The notes under the pieces: model-generated
The model's input: only the letters and a program-made list of their open reading frames with translations
The model's database searches: none
Told to the model about the DNA's origin: nothing
Shown here: positions 14,360 through 27,014 of the stretch, piece after piece
Numbering within the stretch: position 1 is the first letter of the stretch
How the letters are laid out: every line of letters begins with the position of its first letter
NCBI RefSeq assembly: GCF_006345805.1
Contig: NC_043007.1
Location: 16,058,001 to 16,122,000, forward strand
Origin: Octopus sinensis
Lineage: Eukaryota
Length of the DNA: 64,000 nucleotides
Direction of reading: 5' to 3'
Program-made: the position numbers and the translations under genes

Positions 14360-15052
14360 CGTGACGCATATTTGCCATTTGAATATGGCTAACCCCTAAG
14401 GGTGGATGCTACTGTAGTTTGTAGCCCCAGAAAGATATCTCCTCCAGCTGGCTATAGACACACTATCTGTGTCCTCTCAGTATTTGTGAAGGGAAGTCAT
14501 CCTCCCCGTCTTATATATATGTACATCCTCCCCGTCATATATATATATATGTACATTATCGGATGTATAGGTATCTGTTTTTATTTTTCGTTTATATACA
14601 TATATCCTTGTACCAATATGTACACGCATTAACTCTGAAATATAAAGCTATATATGATATAATTTTTGGCGTCTTCACATCCGTCTACATATGATGTTAA
14701 TGTTCTTAATTTAAATTTTTCTTCATTACCATAGCAAATAAACATAAGACCATATATTTTTCCCCTCATGTGTTATCTCCCCTACACTTTTCACAATTCT
14801 GAATTTTAAATTTTCTCGTAAATTATTCAAGATTTTTCGATATATATCTTTTCTGTACTGCTTTATAGATCATTCATAGTTTTTAGCAGCGGATAAAGTA
14901 AGTAAATACACCCTCATTTTCAAATGTTTATTTATTATCTTTTTAAAATTCATGTTCATTTTATTAACCGCCTTTTAGTATATACCTTATAAAGTATCCT
15001 TCTAACTACACTTATCTATAAAAAGTAGACATATTACTTACATAAAATTTTT

Positions 15053-15090
<38 letters not shown>

Positions 15091-15839
15091 ATATATATAT
15101 ATATATGCATGTTTGTGTATATGTTTGTGTGTCTGCGTTTGTCCCCACAACATCGCTTGACAATCGCTGCTGGTGTGTTTACGTCCCCGTAACTTAGCGG
15201 TTCGGCAAAAGAGACCGATTGAATAAGTACTAGGCTTACAAAGATTTGGGGTCGATTTGCTCGGCTAAAGGTGGTGCTCCAGCATGGCCACAGTCACATG
15301 ACTGAAACAAGTAAAAAGTAAAAAAAAAGTAAGTAAAAACTATTTATAATTGCTATTAAACATTTTTCAAACTCATATCTAAGCAATATGGACGGTTTAA
15401 TGCAATTTTTATTCCCTAGTATTTAAAATTCCATACTCCCTTATTTGATTAGTCTTTTTGTGGTTTTTACTTCATATATGGGAGTTTAAAATTAGCTCTT
15501 TTATACAACTTTTTATATATATCAACCCCTAACTGTGACCCTGCAGTCTTGTTTTAAATAGACATGACTAAGAACAATTACTCATTTCGAACACCATACC
15601 TATGTACTTCTAACATGTTCTTAGCTTTTTCTCTTTCCTTAATTTTTCTTATGATGAATACTTTTTGACACCCTAGATTGTTAAAATGAATTTATTGCCT
15701 TTCTGTATGAAACGATCGTATATCTACATGAAAAAAAAAATAATAATTCAGTCCATATTAACATCTGATCTCCATTTACAAATAATACGTTTGAATTTGT
15801 TGAACTTTGTTTTATAAGTTAAATCATGTACTTGATTTA

Positions 15840-15846
15840 TATATAA

Positions 15847-15893
<47 letters not shown>

Positions 15894-16114
15894 TATATAT
15901 ATATTTATATATTATATTTATATTTATATATATATATATTTATATATATATATATTATATATATATATATTATATTATATATATATTTATATATATATAT
16001 ATTTATATATGTATATATTTATATATATATATATATTATATTATGTATATATATATATGTATATATTATATAGATATTTATATATTATATATTTATATAT
16101 GTATATATATAATG

Positions 16115-16145
<31 letters not shown>

Positions 16146-16170
16146 TATATATTTCTTTATATATAGTATC

Positions 16171-16202
<32 letters not shown>

Positions 16203-16220
16203 TCTTTATATATATATATA

Positions 16221-16270
<50 letters not shown>
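15840..16270. repeat. Interrupted (TA)n microsatellite
   Basis: Direct inspection. Other long (TA)n tracts at ~19320-19545, 31920-32185, 39765-39865 and 46405-47540. Confidence 0.95.
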
Positions 16271-16929
16271 CTTTATTACCCACAGGAGCCAAACACAGAG
16301 GGGACAAACAAGGACAGACATAGGTATTAAGTCGATTACATCGACCCCAGTGCGGAACTGGTACTTAATTTATCGATGCCGAAAGGATGAAAGGCAAAGT
16401 CAACCTCGGCAGAATTTGAACTCACAACGTAACACAGACGAAATACCGCTTAGCATTTCATCCGGCGTGCTAACGTTTCTGCCAGCTCGCCATATATATA
16501 GGCACAGCCGTGGCTGTCTAGTAGGTAGCTTCCTTTCCAACCACATGGCTTCGGGTTTAGTCCTACTGTAGCCTCGGGTAGACAGAAACTGAATATATAT
16601 ATATTATTTCATTTGTTAGGAAGTAAAAATTCCGGCATCACAGGGATTCAAGTAAAATGAAATATTCTCAATAAGGAAATATGTTATTTAGAGATAGAAG
16701 TCCCCATCATCACACCATATAAAAGAATTTTATTTTAGTACTTACTACTGATTTCTAAATTTCTCTGCTACACGTGTTTCTTGAGGTTCTTTTACCGTTC
16801 CTCAAAAAAAAAAAAAAACAACGTGTAGCAGAGAAATTTAGAAATGAGTAGTAAGTATTAAAATAAAATTCTTTTATATGGTGTGATGATGGAGACTGCT
16901 ATCTCTAAATACCACACACACACACACAC

Positions 16930-17033
<104 letters not shown>

Positions 17034-17105
17034 CCATGTTGATTCGCTAGCCTCTGCACGCATTTTTTTCTCTCCTTGTTTCTTTCTGTGTTTCTTTTCT
17101 GTGTA

Positions 17106-17143
17106 TCTTTCTGTTGAAGAGCGTAGGCTCGAAACGTAAAAGA
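17106..17143 (+). ncRNA. Minimal hammerhead-like motif, A6U core variant, in a ~200-bp element (~17045-17245)
   Basis: TCTTT CTGTTGA A GAGC GTAG GCTC GAAA CG TA^AAAGA. Confidence 0.6.
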
Positions 17144-18217
17144 CTTGTTTTATTTATATTCCTGAGCGCCATACTAATGCAATTGTTTGTTTGTATTCCA
17201 CCTGCCTTCGTCTTTTGTTTATTTTCATAAAGCTTCCCGTTATATATATACGTATGTATGTATATAGTAAATCCAGTTTTTACATCAAAGTGGCAGTCGC
17301 ATATTACTACTGGTTTAACCCCAAGCAGATTCTCCGTCAGCTGGTTATCCGTGAAACACTCTGCGCTCTTTATATAAAATATATCGCCAGCAGGAAGAGT
17401 GAACACCTACTACCCTCTAGCAGCTAACAGGATCGCGAGACTGACTCAGTTTCGACTTGCTTGGCTCATCATCGGCTGCGAGCACCTGTGCACTGGAGTA
17501 ATAGCTAGGATCCGCTACTGCTAACGATATATTGTAAGCAAAGTGACCATCGGTCACTGATTTGCAACAAACCGAAGTAGCTAGTTATAAAATCTCAAGA
17601 AGAGATAGAGTTAACGTATACTAAACAGTAAAACCAGTTACCACATCAAAGTGGCTGTTGAATGTTACTACTAGTTTAACCCCAGGCAGATTCTCAGTGC
17701 AACACTCTTCCCCCTTGCACCCTTTGATAACTCGATTTACTGTTTAGTATACGTTACTACTCTAATTCTTCTTAAGATTTAATAACTAGCTACTTTGGTT
17801 TATATATATATTATGTAATTCAAACAATGACAGACGTAAATCATACCATATAGAATAAATAAAACATATGATAAAACATTTATCTAGATCACAAAAAATA
17901 CATAATAATAAATAAACAGTATATAATTAGTAAATAGACTACGTACGTTTCGTGGCTATAACTTCAATTCCAATTCCAATTAAATTTAAATTTAATCGAT
18001 CCAAAATCAATTCAATTGTGATCTAGATAAATGTTTTATCATATATTTTATTTTTTCTATATGGTATGATTTACGTCTAGCATTGCTTGAATTACCTAAT
18101 AGTGGTTTTTCTCTAAGTTACATATATTATATATTTATATTATGAAATTTGATTTAATACTAAATTGAATTTTTCCCTGCAAGTTTGGAGTTATACACCC
18201 TATTATTATTATTATTA

Positions 18218-18269
<52 letters not shown>

Positions 18270-18301
18270 CATTGTTGTTGTTGTTGTTGTTATTATTATT
18301 A

Positions 18302-18770
18302 TGTTTTTTCCTTCTTTCTTCAAATTTTCTTCCGTTTCTCGCCGAGTGTTTTCCATACACCTAGGGCAGAGAAGCTCATTGTATGCATTCCCAGATTACA
18401 CACGCAGATTCACAGATAAAATATGTAATAAATAAATAAATTCATTGGATGACAGTTGTTTTCACAGCGATAATGCTCTTCTCAGTACATGAGCCGTTCT
18501 AGTTAATACGAGTTTTTGCACTTCCTGTAGGGATGGTAAGCCTGGAATCATTTTCAAATAGGTTTCAGTACCTTTTTTTATCATTCCTAGAGATCCTACA
18601 ATCACTGGTACCGTAGTCGCCTTGAGATGCCACATTATTTCAATTTCTATTAGCAGGTCTTTATATTTACTAATCTTGTCAAATTCTTTCGCCGCTACAT
18701 TGTGATCGCAAGGGATACTCATGTCAATTAATAAACACATCTTTTTTGCCTGATCTTCTTTTTTTGTCTT
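18302..18770 (-). mobile_element. Dong/R4-like non-LTR retrotransposon 3' fragment (restriction-like endonuclease)
   Basis: LIDMSIPCDHNVAAKEFDKISKYKDL...VPVIVGSLG...TAHVLRRAL resembles the PD-(D/E)xK C-terminal domain of RLE elements. Flanked on both sides by (TAA)n. Confidence 0.75.
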
Positions 18771-18792
18771 ATTATTATTATTATTATTATTG

Positions 18793-18849
<57 letters not shown>

Positions 18850-19318
18850 CACGCATATGTATGTATAAGTTTGTGTGGCTGTATTTGTCCCTCACCCCCA
18901 CCATCACTTGACAACCGATGTTGTGTGTTTACGTCCCCCATAATATAGTGGTTTGGCAAAAGATACTGATAGAATAAGTACTACGTTTACAAAGAGTAAG
19001 TCCTGGGTTCGATTTGATCGACTAAGAGTGGTTCAAATGACTGAAACAAGTAAAAAAATAAAATATGTGTGTGTATCATATTCTTTTATTCTTTTACTTG
19101 TTTCAGTCATTTGACTGCGGCCATGCTGGTGTACCGCCTTTAGTTGGACGAATCGACCTATTCTTTGTAAGGTTAGTACTTATTCTATCGGTCTCTTTTG
19201 CCGAACCGTTAATTTTCGGGGATGTAAACGCAGCAACACCAGTTGTCAAGCGACCGTGTGTATGTGTGTGGGGGGAAAGCACAGACACACAGCCGCACAC
19301 ACAAATACACACGCACAC

Positions 19319-19382
<64 letters not shown>

Positions 19383-19407
19383 TGTATATATATATATATA
19401 TATATAT

Positions 19408-19454
<47 letters not shown>

Positions 19455-19496
19455 GTTTATATATATATATATATATATATATGTTTATATATATAT

Positions 19497-19537
<41 letters not shown>

Positions 19538-19551
19538 TATATATATGTAAT

Positions 19552-19957
19552 CTTTTACTCTTTTACTTTTTCAGTCATTTGACTGCGGCCATGCTGGAGC
19601 ACCACCTTTAATCGAGCAACTCGACCCCAGGACTTATTCTTTTATAAGTCCAGTACTTATTCTATCGGTCTCTTTTGCCGAACCACTAAGTAACGGGGAC
19701 ATAAACACACCAGCATCGGTTATCAAGCAATGCTAGACGGACAAACACAGACACACAAACACACACACGCATATATATATATATATACATATATACGACG
19801 GGCTTCTTTCAGTTTCCGTCTACCAAATCCACTCACAAGGATTTGGCCGGCCCGAGGCTATAGTAGAAGACACTTGCCCAAGGTGCCACGCAGTGGGACT
19901 GAACCCGGAACCATGTGGTTGGTAAACAAGCTACTTACCACACAGCCACTCCTACGC
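19552..19957 (-). mobile_element. SINE S2 copy
   Basis: Full-length match. Confidence 0.82.
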
Positions 19958-21059
19958 ATATATATATATATATATGTATATATATTATATATATATATAT
20001 ATATATATTTTTATTATTTTATAGCAGGAGCTTCTACAGGACTAGAACTGTTTCATTCAAAAGAAATCATCAGGAAGCATCAGTGCTTCCTGATGATTTC
20101 TTTTGAATGAAACAGTTCTAGTCCTGTAGAAGCTCCTTCTATAAAATAAATTAATTTACTCTGCTATGTATTGAGTACCTTATTTACTGTGGTTAACCCC
20201 GACTCAACCCGGGACCTATATATATATATATGCGTGCGTGTGTATATGTATATATATGTGTGTGTGTGTGTGCATGAGAGTGAGACAGAGAGAAAGAAAG
20301 AGAGAGAGAGGCAAAGAAAGAGAAAGAGATGCACACATGAGTGCACACAGATGCAAAATAAGGTTGAGAAAATGATACTCGAATACCAAAGGAAGAGTGA
20401 CACACCGATTTATTGAAGCTAAAATGACTTCACAAAATGAAATTTGTGTTTCACGTAAACGATCGTCGTATTGTTTGACGATCACTTACACTCAAAACTC
20501 TCATTAGCGGCTTTTGAAGTCTTAAAAAAACGATATATATACATTTCCTTCTTATATATAAGGCTTATTTTACCTGATTAAGATTTCTAAACGATGAACA
20601 TTATTTTACTTTATTTACACGATATATATATATATATTATATTTTTTATATGCTCCTATATGTATATATATTTATATATGTTTTATATATTTTTATATGC
20701 CTATATTTTTATATACCTATATATTTTTATATATTACTTATATTATATTTTACTTTCTACGTCTTTTATAAATGTATTCTCTTTGAATCGCTAAAATATT
20801 AATTCTAAATTTTTAATGATAAGAATTTTTCTCGCACCATACCATATTATTATTATTACGTGCTGTACATATGAATTTTGTTCCATCTTGCGGGTTATAT
20901 GTTTATTCTATAATTAAATGTTCGAATTATGAAATGACATGCGGTTGACTTTGTATTTGCTTGTTCAATGATTTAGTTGATATTTTGTCTCTTCCAATAG
21001 AGCACTTCTATTGCAGTCCTATTAACCTTTTTTTGTTCCTGACAAGAAACAATTATTGT

Positions 21060-21106
<47 letters not shown>

Positions 21107-21194
21107 TGTATGTATATGCATGTATGTATGAATACATACATACAGCCAGAGAGATGCGTAAAATACACACACATAGATGTTATATATATGTATG

Positions 21195-21254
<60 letters not shown>

Positions 21255-21343
21255 AGAGTTCACGAAAAAAAAACCAAAAGACGAAGACAGGTGGTGTACA
21301 AAACAAACAGATGTATTAGTGTAACGCTCAGGAATTGAAAAAG

Positions 21344-21381
21344 CCTTTTACGTTTCGAGCCTATGCTCTTCTACAGAAAGG
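21344..21381 (-). ncRNA. Minimal hammerhead-like motif, A6U core variant, in a ~200-bp element (~21250-21450)
   Basis: Minus strand: CCTTT CTGTAGA A GAGC ATAG GCTC GAAA CG TA^AAAGG. Same family as 17045-17245. Confidence 0.6.
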
Positions 21382-21509
21382 GACACAGAAAAAACAAAGA
21401 GAGAAACAAGGAGAGAAAAAAAAGAGAGAGAAAAAGGAGAGAAACAAGGAGAATATATATATATATATATATGTATATATATGTATATATGTATGACTAC
21501 ATATGTGAA

Positions 21510-21775
21510 GGCTGCGAGTTGTGTTCTTGAGCAAGACACTTTATTTCACGTTGCTCCAGTTCACTCAGCTGTAGAAATGAGTTGCGACGTCACAGGTGCC
21601 AAGCTGTATCGGCCCTTGCCTTTCCCTTGGACAACATCGGTGACGTGGAGAGGGGAGGCCGGTATGCATGGGCGACTGCTGGTCTTCCATAAAACAACCT
21701 TGCCCAGACTTGTGCCTTAGAGGGTAACTCTCTAGGTGCAAACCCATGGTCAGTGTCTGACCGAAGGGGGTCACC
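21510..21775 (+). mobile_element. Probable 5'-truncated SINE of a fourth family
   Basis: TTGAGCAAGACACTTTATTTCACGTTGCTCCAGTTCACTCAGCTGTAGAAATGAGT resembles conserved SINE central domains. No tRNA head visible. Confidence 0.5.
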
Positions 21776-22197
21776 ACCACCATGACTACATAGATAGATA
21801 CATACATACATAATACATATATACATATATTATATTTTATTGAAACTGAAATATTTATATAAGAGTGAGAGTTTAGAGTTAAAAAAAAAGAAAATTTCAT
21901 TAGCTTCATCAAAGCTCTAAATTCGTTCCTTTATTACTTCGGAATCGTTGTTAGTTTAACACTTTAAGAACTGAAACTTGGACGAATTCATATATTTATA
22001 TTCTTTTGCTCAAAAATTTATTAATAATGTACGAATCATAGTAAAAGTTTCCACGGAAGATGTTTTAATATATTTTGTAGCTGTTTGTATTAGTTTAAAT
22101 TTTATTTTCCTCGATTGTCATTCATTCATTTATTCGTTTACCTTTTGACCACATGGAGTAAGTTGTTTAATTCTAATTCTTTTTTCTTCTTTCCCAG

Positions 22198-22333
22198 AGG
22201 TGAATATGTTCCGTGCAATTGTTGATACATTTGGGGGTGGAACAGACACAACTTCTGCCACTCTTACCTGGCCTTTCTCTTTATGGCTAAATATCCTGAT
22301 ATACAGAACAAGTGTCGAGAAGAAATTAAACAG
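22198..22333 (+). pseudogene. Solitary, frameshifted P450 I-helix exon (exon 5 equivalent)
   Basis: cccag| and CAG|gta splice sites. EVNMFRAIVDTFGGGTDTTSATLTW then a 1-bp deletion, then (A)FLFMAKYPDIQNKCREEIKQ. 136 bp vs 137 bp in copy B. No neighbouring exons seen. Confidence 0.85.
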
Positions 22334-22789
22334 GTAAATTATGTAAGAAAGAGTGAGAGGCAAAGAGTGAGAACGATAGAGACGGAGAAAGAGATGCACA
22401 CGAGAGCACACAGATGCAAAACAATGTTGAGAAAATTGGGTGTGTTTGAAATATTTGTTGAGAAAATTATACTTGAATACCAAAAGAAGAATGACACAGC
22501 GATTTATTGAAGCTAAAATGACTTTGCAAAATGAAATTTGTGTTTCACGTAAACGATTGTCGTATTGTTTGACGATCACTTTACTTAAAACTCGTCAAAC
22601 AGTTTTTTGTTTATATGTTCCCTTTTCTCTTTTAAGCCAAAAGTTGTTGAAGCCAGTATCCTGACAAGTATTCTCTGTTACGCTTACGACCTTTTATTCA
22701 TTGTGTTTAGTTCACTGAACATCTTAACCCATGTAGTTGTAACCAGTTTCTAGAGCGAGATAAACCATTTTAAATGTAACGAGAGTGCT

Positions 22790-23120
22790 TTTAGCTTAAT
22801 TTGTGGTGTTCAAGTGTGGTGGTAAGTAACGAAGCTCATATTACACCACTTCTCACATTGGTCCATGGAACTTAGTATCAACGCTGCAGGATATGTTGAA
22901 GTGCTGGGGACAGTTGTTTAGCCCTGGACTGATGAAGTGTGTAATGTAGGTCATACAAATTTCATCAAAATCTCAACACCTTTTCAGAAAGCTGACATAA
23001 TCAATGAATGGATATCAGACAAAGCGTTACAATCATGTATCGCCAAACTTGTGGCTGCTAAACTCGCCTGATTTAAACCTCATTCACTACTGTAGATATA
23101 AGTTAGAGAAAACAAATTAG
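22790..23120 (+). mobile_element. Decayed Tc1/mariner-superfamily transposase fragment
   Basis: INAAGYVEVLGTVV*PW and NSPDLN remnants with stops and frameshifts. Confidence 0.6.
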
Positions 23121-23619
23121 TGTTCATTAATCAATCAGTTCAGGAAGGACAGATTTCAAGCTTTCTACAGCCCATTGAGATCGATATTGCTGATGTGCAT
23201 TTCGAAAATCTTTAGGTCGATTTCCGTAATCAGTACATTGGAAGGGAGGGCAGTGGAGAAGCTACTAAAATCTTTATAAGAATAAACAAAACGAGATTTA
23301 TAATTACTGCATCGCACTAATTATTTTTATTTGTCCATTGCGTAATATAAATATTTCGAACATTAAAAAAGACTGAATTAAAACATTTTGTATTATAGAA
23401 GATGGTTTGATTAGAAAATTAAATCTAAATAGTGTTTACCCTGTTTGTATTATACCATTTGTAGGGATCACGACAAAATAATAATAAAAAAAGCTTGAAT
23501 TGCAAAATTCTTGAGCCAAAACAGTTACTTTATTGATTTATAATTAGCAGGGAAAAGCACATACACCCACTCACTGATTTCTCATATTTAATGCGAGGTC
23601 TTTGAAAATGCGAAACCCA

Positions 23620-24085
23620 TACAATATACTATTGCTACAAATTTATTCTGACACGGGACCTACCAGATTTCCTCACATATGATACACAGTATGCCAAACT
23701 GCTTGTTTGTGTTCTGTCTGTTTAATCAAGGCTGACTTGGGACTGTATAGCACCAACAAAAAGTTATTGTAAACAAGTAGTTACATGGTGAGATTAATAG
23801 ATTGATAATGTGTTCCCGCTAAACTGCACGCGTGGGAACAAGATGACTCTACAGTGAACTTAATATGTATGCACTTGAAATTAAAGTGACCTCGATTATA
23901 GAAATAGATTTGCATGCACCTTTGTTGTTAAATTACTAACCTACTTATATTCGGTTGACTTCGAGCATAATACTTTGATGTTACCTGCACAAACCTGTAT
24001 ATAGGTAGTAAACCACACTCGTCCTAAAGAAGACTGGGCTCTTAACGAAAATATAGATACATTATTGCAACAATAACCTAGGATT
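23620..24085 (+). promoter_or_regulatory. Upstream region of copy B, homologous to 48880-49330 upstream of copy C
   Basis: Alignable by eye over ~450 bp. Shared TGTAAACA (23768), TGAACT (23855) and TGACCT (23887) motifs. Function inferred. Confidence 0.45.
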
Positions 24086-24455
24086 ATGGATGTTTCAGCA
24101 TCGTATTTTGTAGAAGCTATTAATATACAAAGTCTTCTGATTGGAGTAGTTACTTTATTGCTAGCACGATGGCTTATAACTAGATCGAAATATAATTACA
24201 ATTTACCCCCGGGTCCATTAGCTTTTCCAATTATAGGAAATATACCTCAGATGGCTACAACCACAGACATTAATTTAAAGATGAAAGATCTTCGAAAACA
24301 ATATGGAGATATTTTCAGACTCAAATTTGGTTCTGAAACCATGGTGGTTGTATGCAAAACGGAATGGATTTTAGAAGGATTGGTAAAGAAAGGAGAGGAA
24401 TTGAAAGCAAGACCCTACTGGATGTACGTACCACAGAGATTAGCCAAAAATAAAG
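24086..24455 (+). CDS. Cytochrome P450 copy B, exon 1 of 8 (clan 2-like, 499 aa total)
   Basis: ATG, hydrophobic anchor, PPGP hinge (LPPGPLAFPIIGN), G|gtaag donor. 370 bp. Confidence 0.95.
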
Positions 24456-25706
24456 GTAAGTCGTTTATTTACGTCAACGAATGTTACCGCTTTCAATCCC
24501 AACCCCCTTACATTTTTCCCCGTTTCCACAACACAGAACTCAATTCTGCTTCTACATTTCCTTACTTTGTCTAACGATTTTACTCTGCACTTCTTTGTTT
24601 CTTATCTCGTGGTTTTGATCGGACAACTGCAAACTTGATCTGTTTTCTTTTTTTTTTCTAGTTTTCAAAGGAAATTGTATAAGCATATTACCACTATATT
24701 TCATTATTTTTAGCGTTATTTGTGACTATAATTCGCTGTATTGTTATTTTAGACTGGAATGTCACCAATTAACTTTGATGCCTTATGTTCTGTTTTGCAA
24801 AAACCTTTTCGCCCTAACGCCTTGAAAGCTATTCACAATTGGTGGAATTTAGGATATTATCGGTAGGTTTTTTAATCTCGTTAACTGCAATCCGATAGCG
24901 GATGAAGGGAATCCCGTATTTCTGTTGGATTCTTTGTTGTATTTCTTAAGCACAAACAAATTGTCGTTTCTTTAACACAGAAATTACAGTCCCAGAACTA
25001 TCAAAAATGATAGTCAAACTCTCTCAAATAACACACAGATTTACAGACAGAAGTTTATTATAATGGTTGTTATAAACACTGAAAGAGAAGGATATACTTT
25101 AATAGTTATAAAGTAACGACACATTACGTATATAAAAAAGGCGTGATAGTCACGAGTAGAACGTTATATGTCGTAGGGAAACACGTAACAAAGATTAACT
25201 AAGGACTAAGAAAATATTCTCACGTCAACCATCTGACTATTCATTCGATGTGCTTGAAATAGCAGCCAAGAATACCTCAAACAATACAGTCCTAAAAAAA
25301 CACTATTGCATAATGTAGTCGCTGTTTGATTAGATAGCAGGATGGTTGTGGTATGGAGGCTTTTATCATAGCAAATTACTGACGGAACTTCTGTGCAGGA
25401 GGGTCCTCTATAAACTAATACCCGCCATCGTTTCCAGAAATTACAACTTACACATTGAAAACTTAATGGTTCATCAGAATTTGCAGTCTTCGGTATAAAA
25501 AAATTGATTAGTGGAAGGTTTCCGCCGCAGGTCGACTGAAAATAAAAATAACAAGCCAACTCCCACGTCTTGTCGTCAGACAAGATTTAACATCATTGTC
25601 AATATCACATGCACGAAATATGAATATGTAGGTTACACACACACACAGAAACACACACATACACATGCATAAATATCTACATACATGCATACATACATAT
25701 ATATAT

Positions 25707-25755
<49 letters not shown>

Positions 25756-25767
25756 AATATATATATA

Positions 25768-25863
<96 letters not shown>

Positions 25864-25978
25864 CACTCACACACACATATATTGATAGCAATGGTAAGAT
25901 AACAAAAGAATGAAAGAGACCTCGATATTATGTAAATAGACGAATTTATCTGTAAATATATGTGACAATTATTCGGTA

Positions 25979-26027
<49 letters not shown>

Positions 26028-27014
26028 CGGAGATGTACTTGCATAGCAAGTGACCTGATCTGAGATCGTGTGCTGAGACAAAAACGATTGTAGCGTAGAA
26101 GGTGTTTATAAGCCATTCAAAAACACACAAAAACCGTTAGATTCATTTCAACATTTAAATTTAATTTGCTAAAATATTTTCGTTCATTCTATCCGATGTC
26201 GTCCAATCATTTTATCAAAATCTCTTACTGTGCTCCAGGTAAGTAGTAATACATCAATATCAGACACTGATAAATCAGAATTATCTCAAGCAAGTATATA
26301 AGCGATTTAATTTGTAGCATGGGATTAGTCGTTAAATCATAATTCGATATATCAAGTTGTACAAATTTTCTATTATTTTTATTTTTTAAGCTTTGAACCA
26401 TCAAAGACCATAGTGTAATTTTAATCTTTGATCTAAGAGTCCGTCTTATCTTACCTTTAAATGTCTTAGTAATTGTACCAAAATCCGACTTTAGAGGGTG
26501 CATGTGATGGTTGGGTTGCAATGAAAAGTAATCTTGTGGTTACTTCCAAGTTTTCTCGGTGCATAGGATTCCGTTCTGCCTTCTACTCCATGGTTTGTAG
26601 CTATTTCATAACCCTTTTTGTTTATTTTAGTTTTGTTCCACCAGTCTATCCTTATATTTAGCATTTAGCTCTTTCATAAGTTTTTTTAATAACATATATA
26701 AGTTATCAGGTTTATCCGCTGGTAACAACATACCTAGTGCGTATTTTAGTTCCTCTAGTATTTTTTCAAACTCTTCTGGTGTTATTTGTGCCTCTTAGAA
26801 AATGTCTTGGACACCGAGGTCACAAGGGTAATTAAAGAACTGTAAAGAATGATGTTTGGTCCGAGATATTTAAGGGCCTTTAAGGTGTTATTATCTATAA
26901 CTATCTCTTATATTTTCTTCTTTTTTTTTCCTGTTTTCAATATTAAACTTTCCAAAACACGTAAAACAGTTTATAAATACTTAAGTTTTTTTTTTATCTT
27001 CACTATTGTTTCAG

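Noticed and set aside
17431-17480. Hammerhead-like motif on the - strand (CCGATGA T ... GTC GAAA CTGA GTC)
   Set aside because: Core U4 is altered, stem II has only 2 pairs and there is no stem I partner. At most a decayed remnant.
24086-24574. ORF-track extensions of P450 exons (e.g. 24086-24574, 26849-27481, 49331-50074, 61900-62340)
   Set aside because: They run through GT/AG splice sites into intron sequence. Only the exon intervals are supported.
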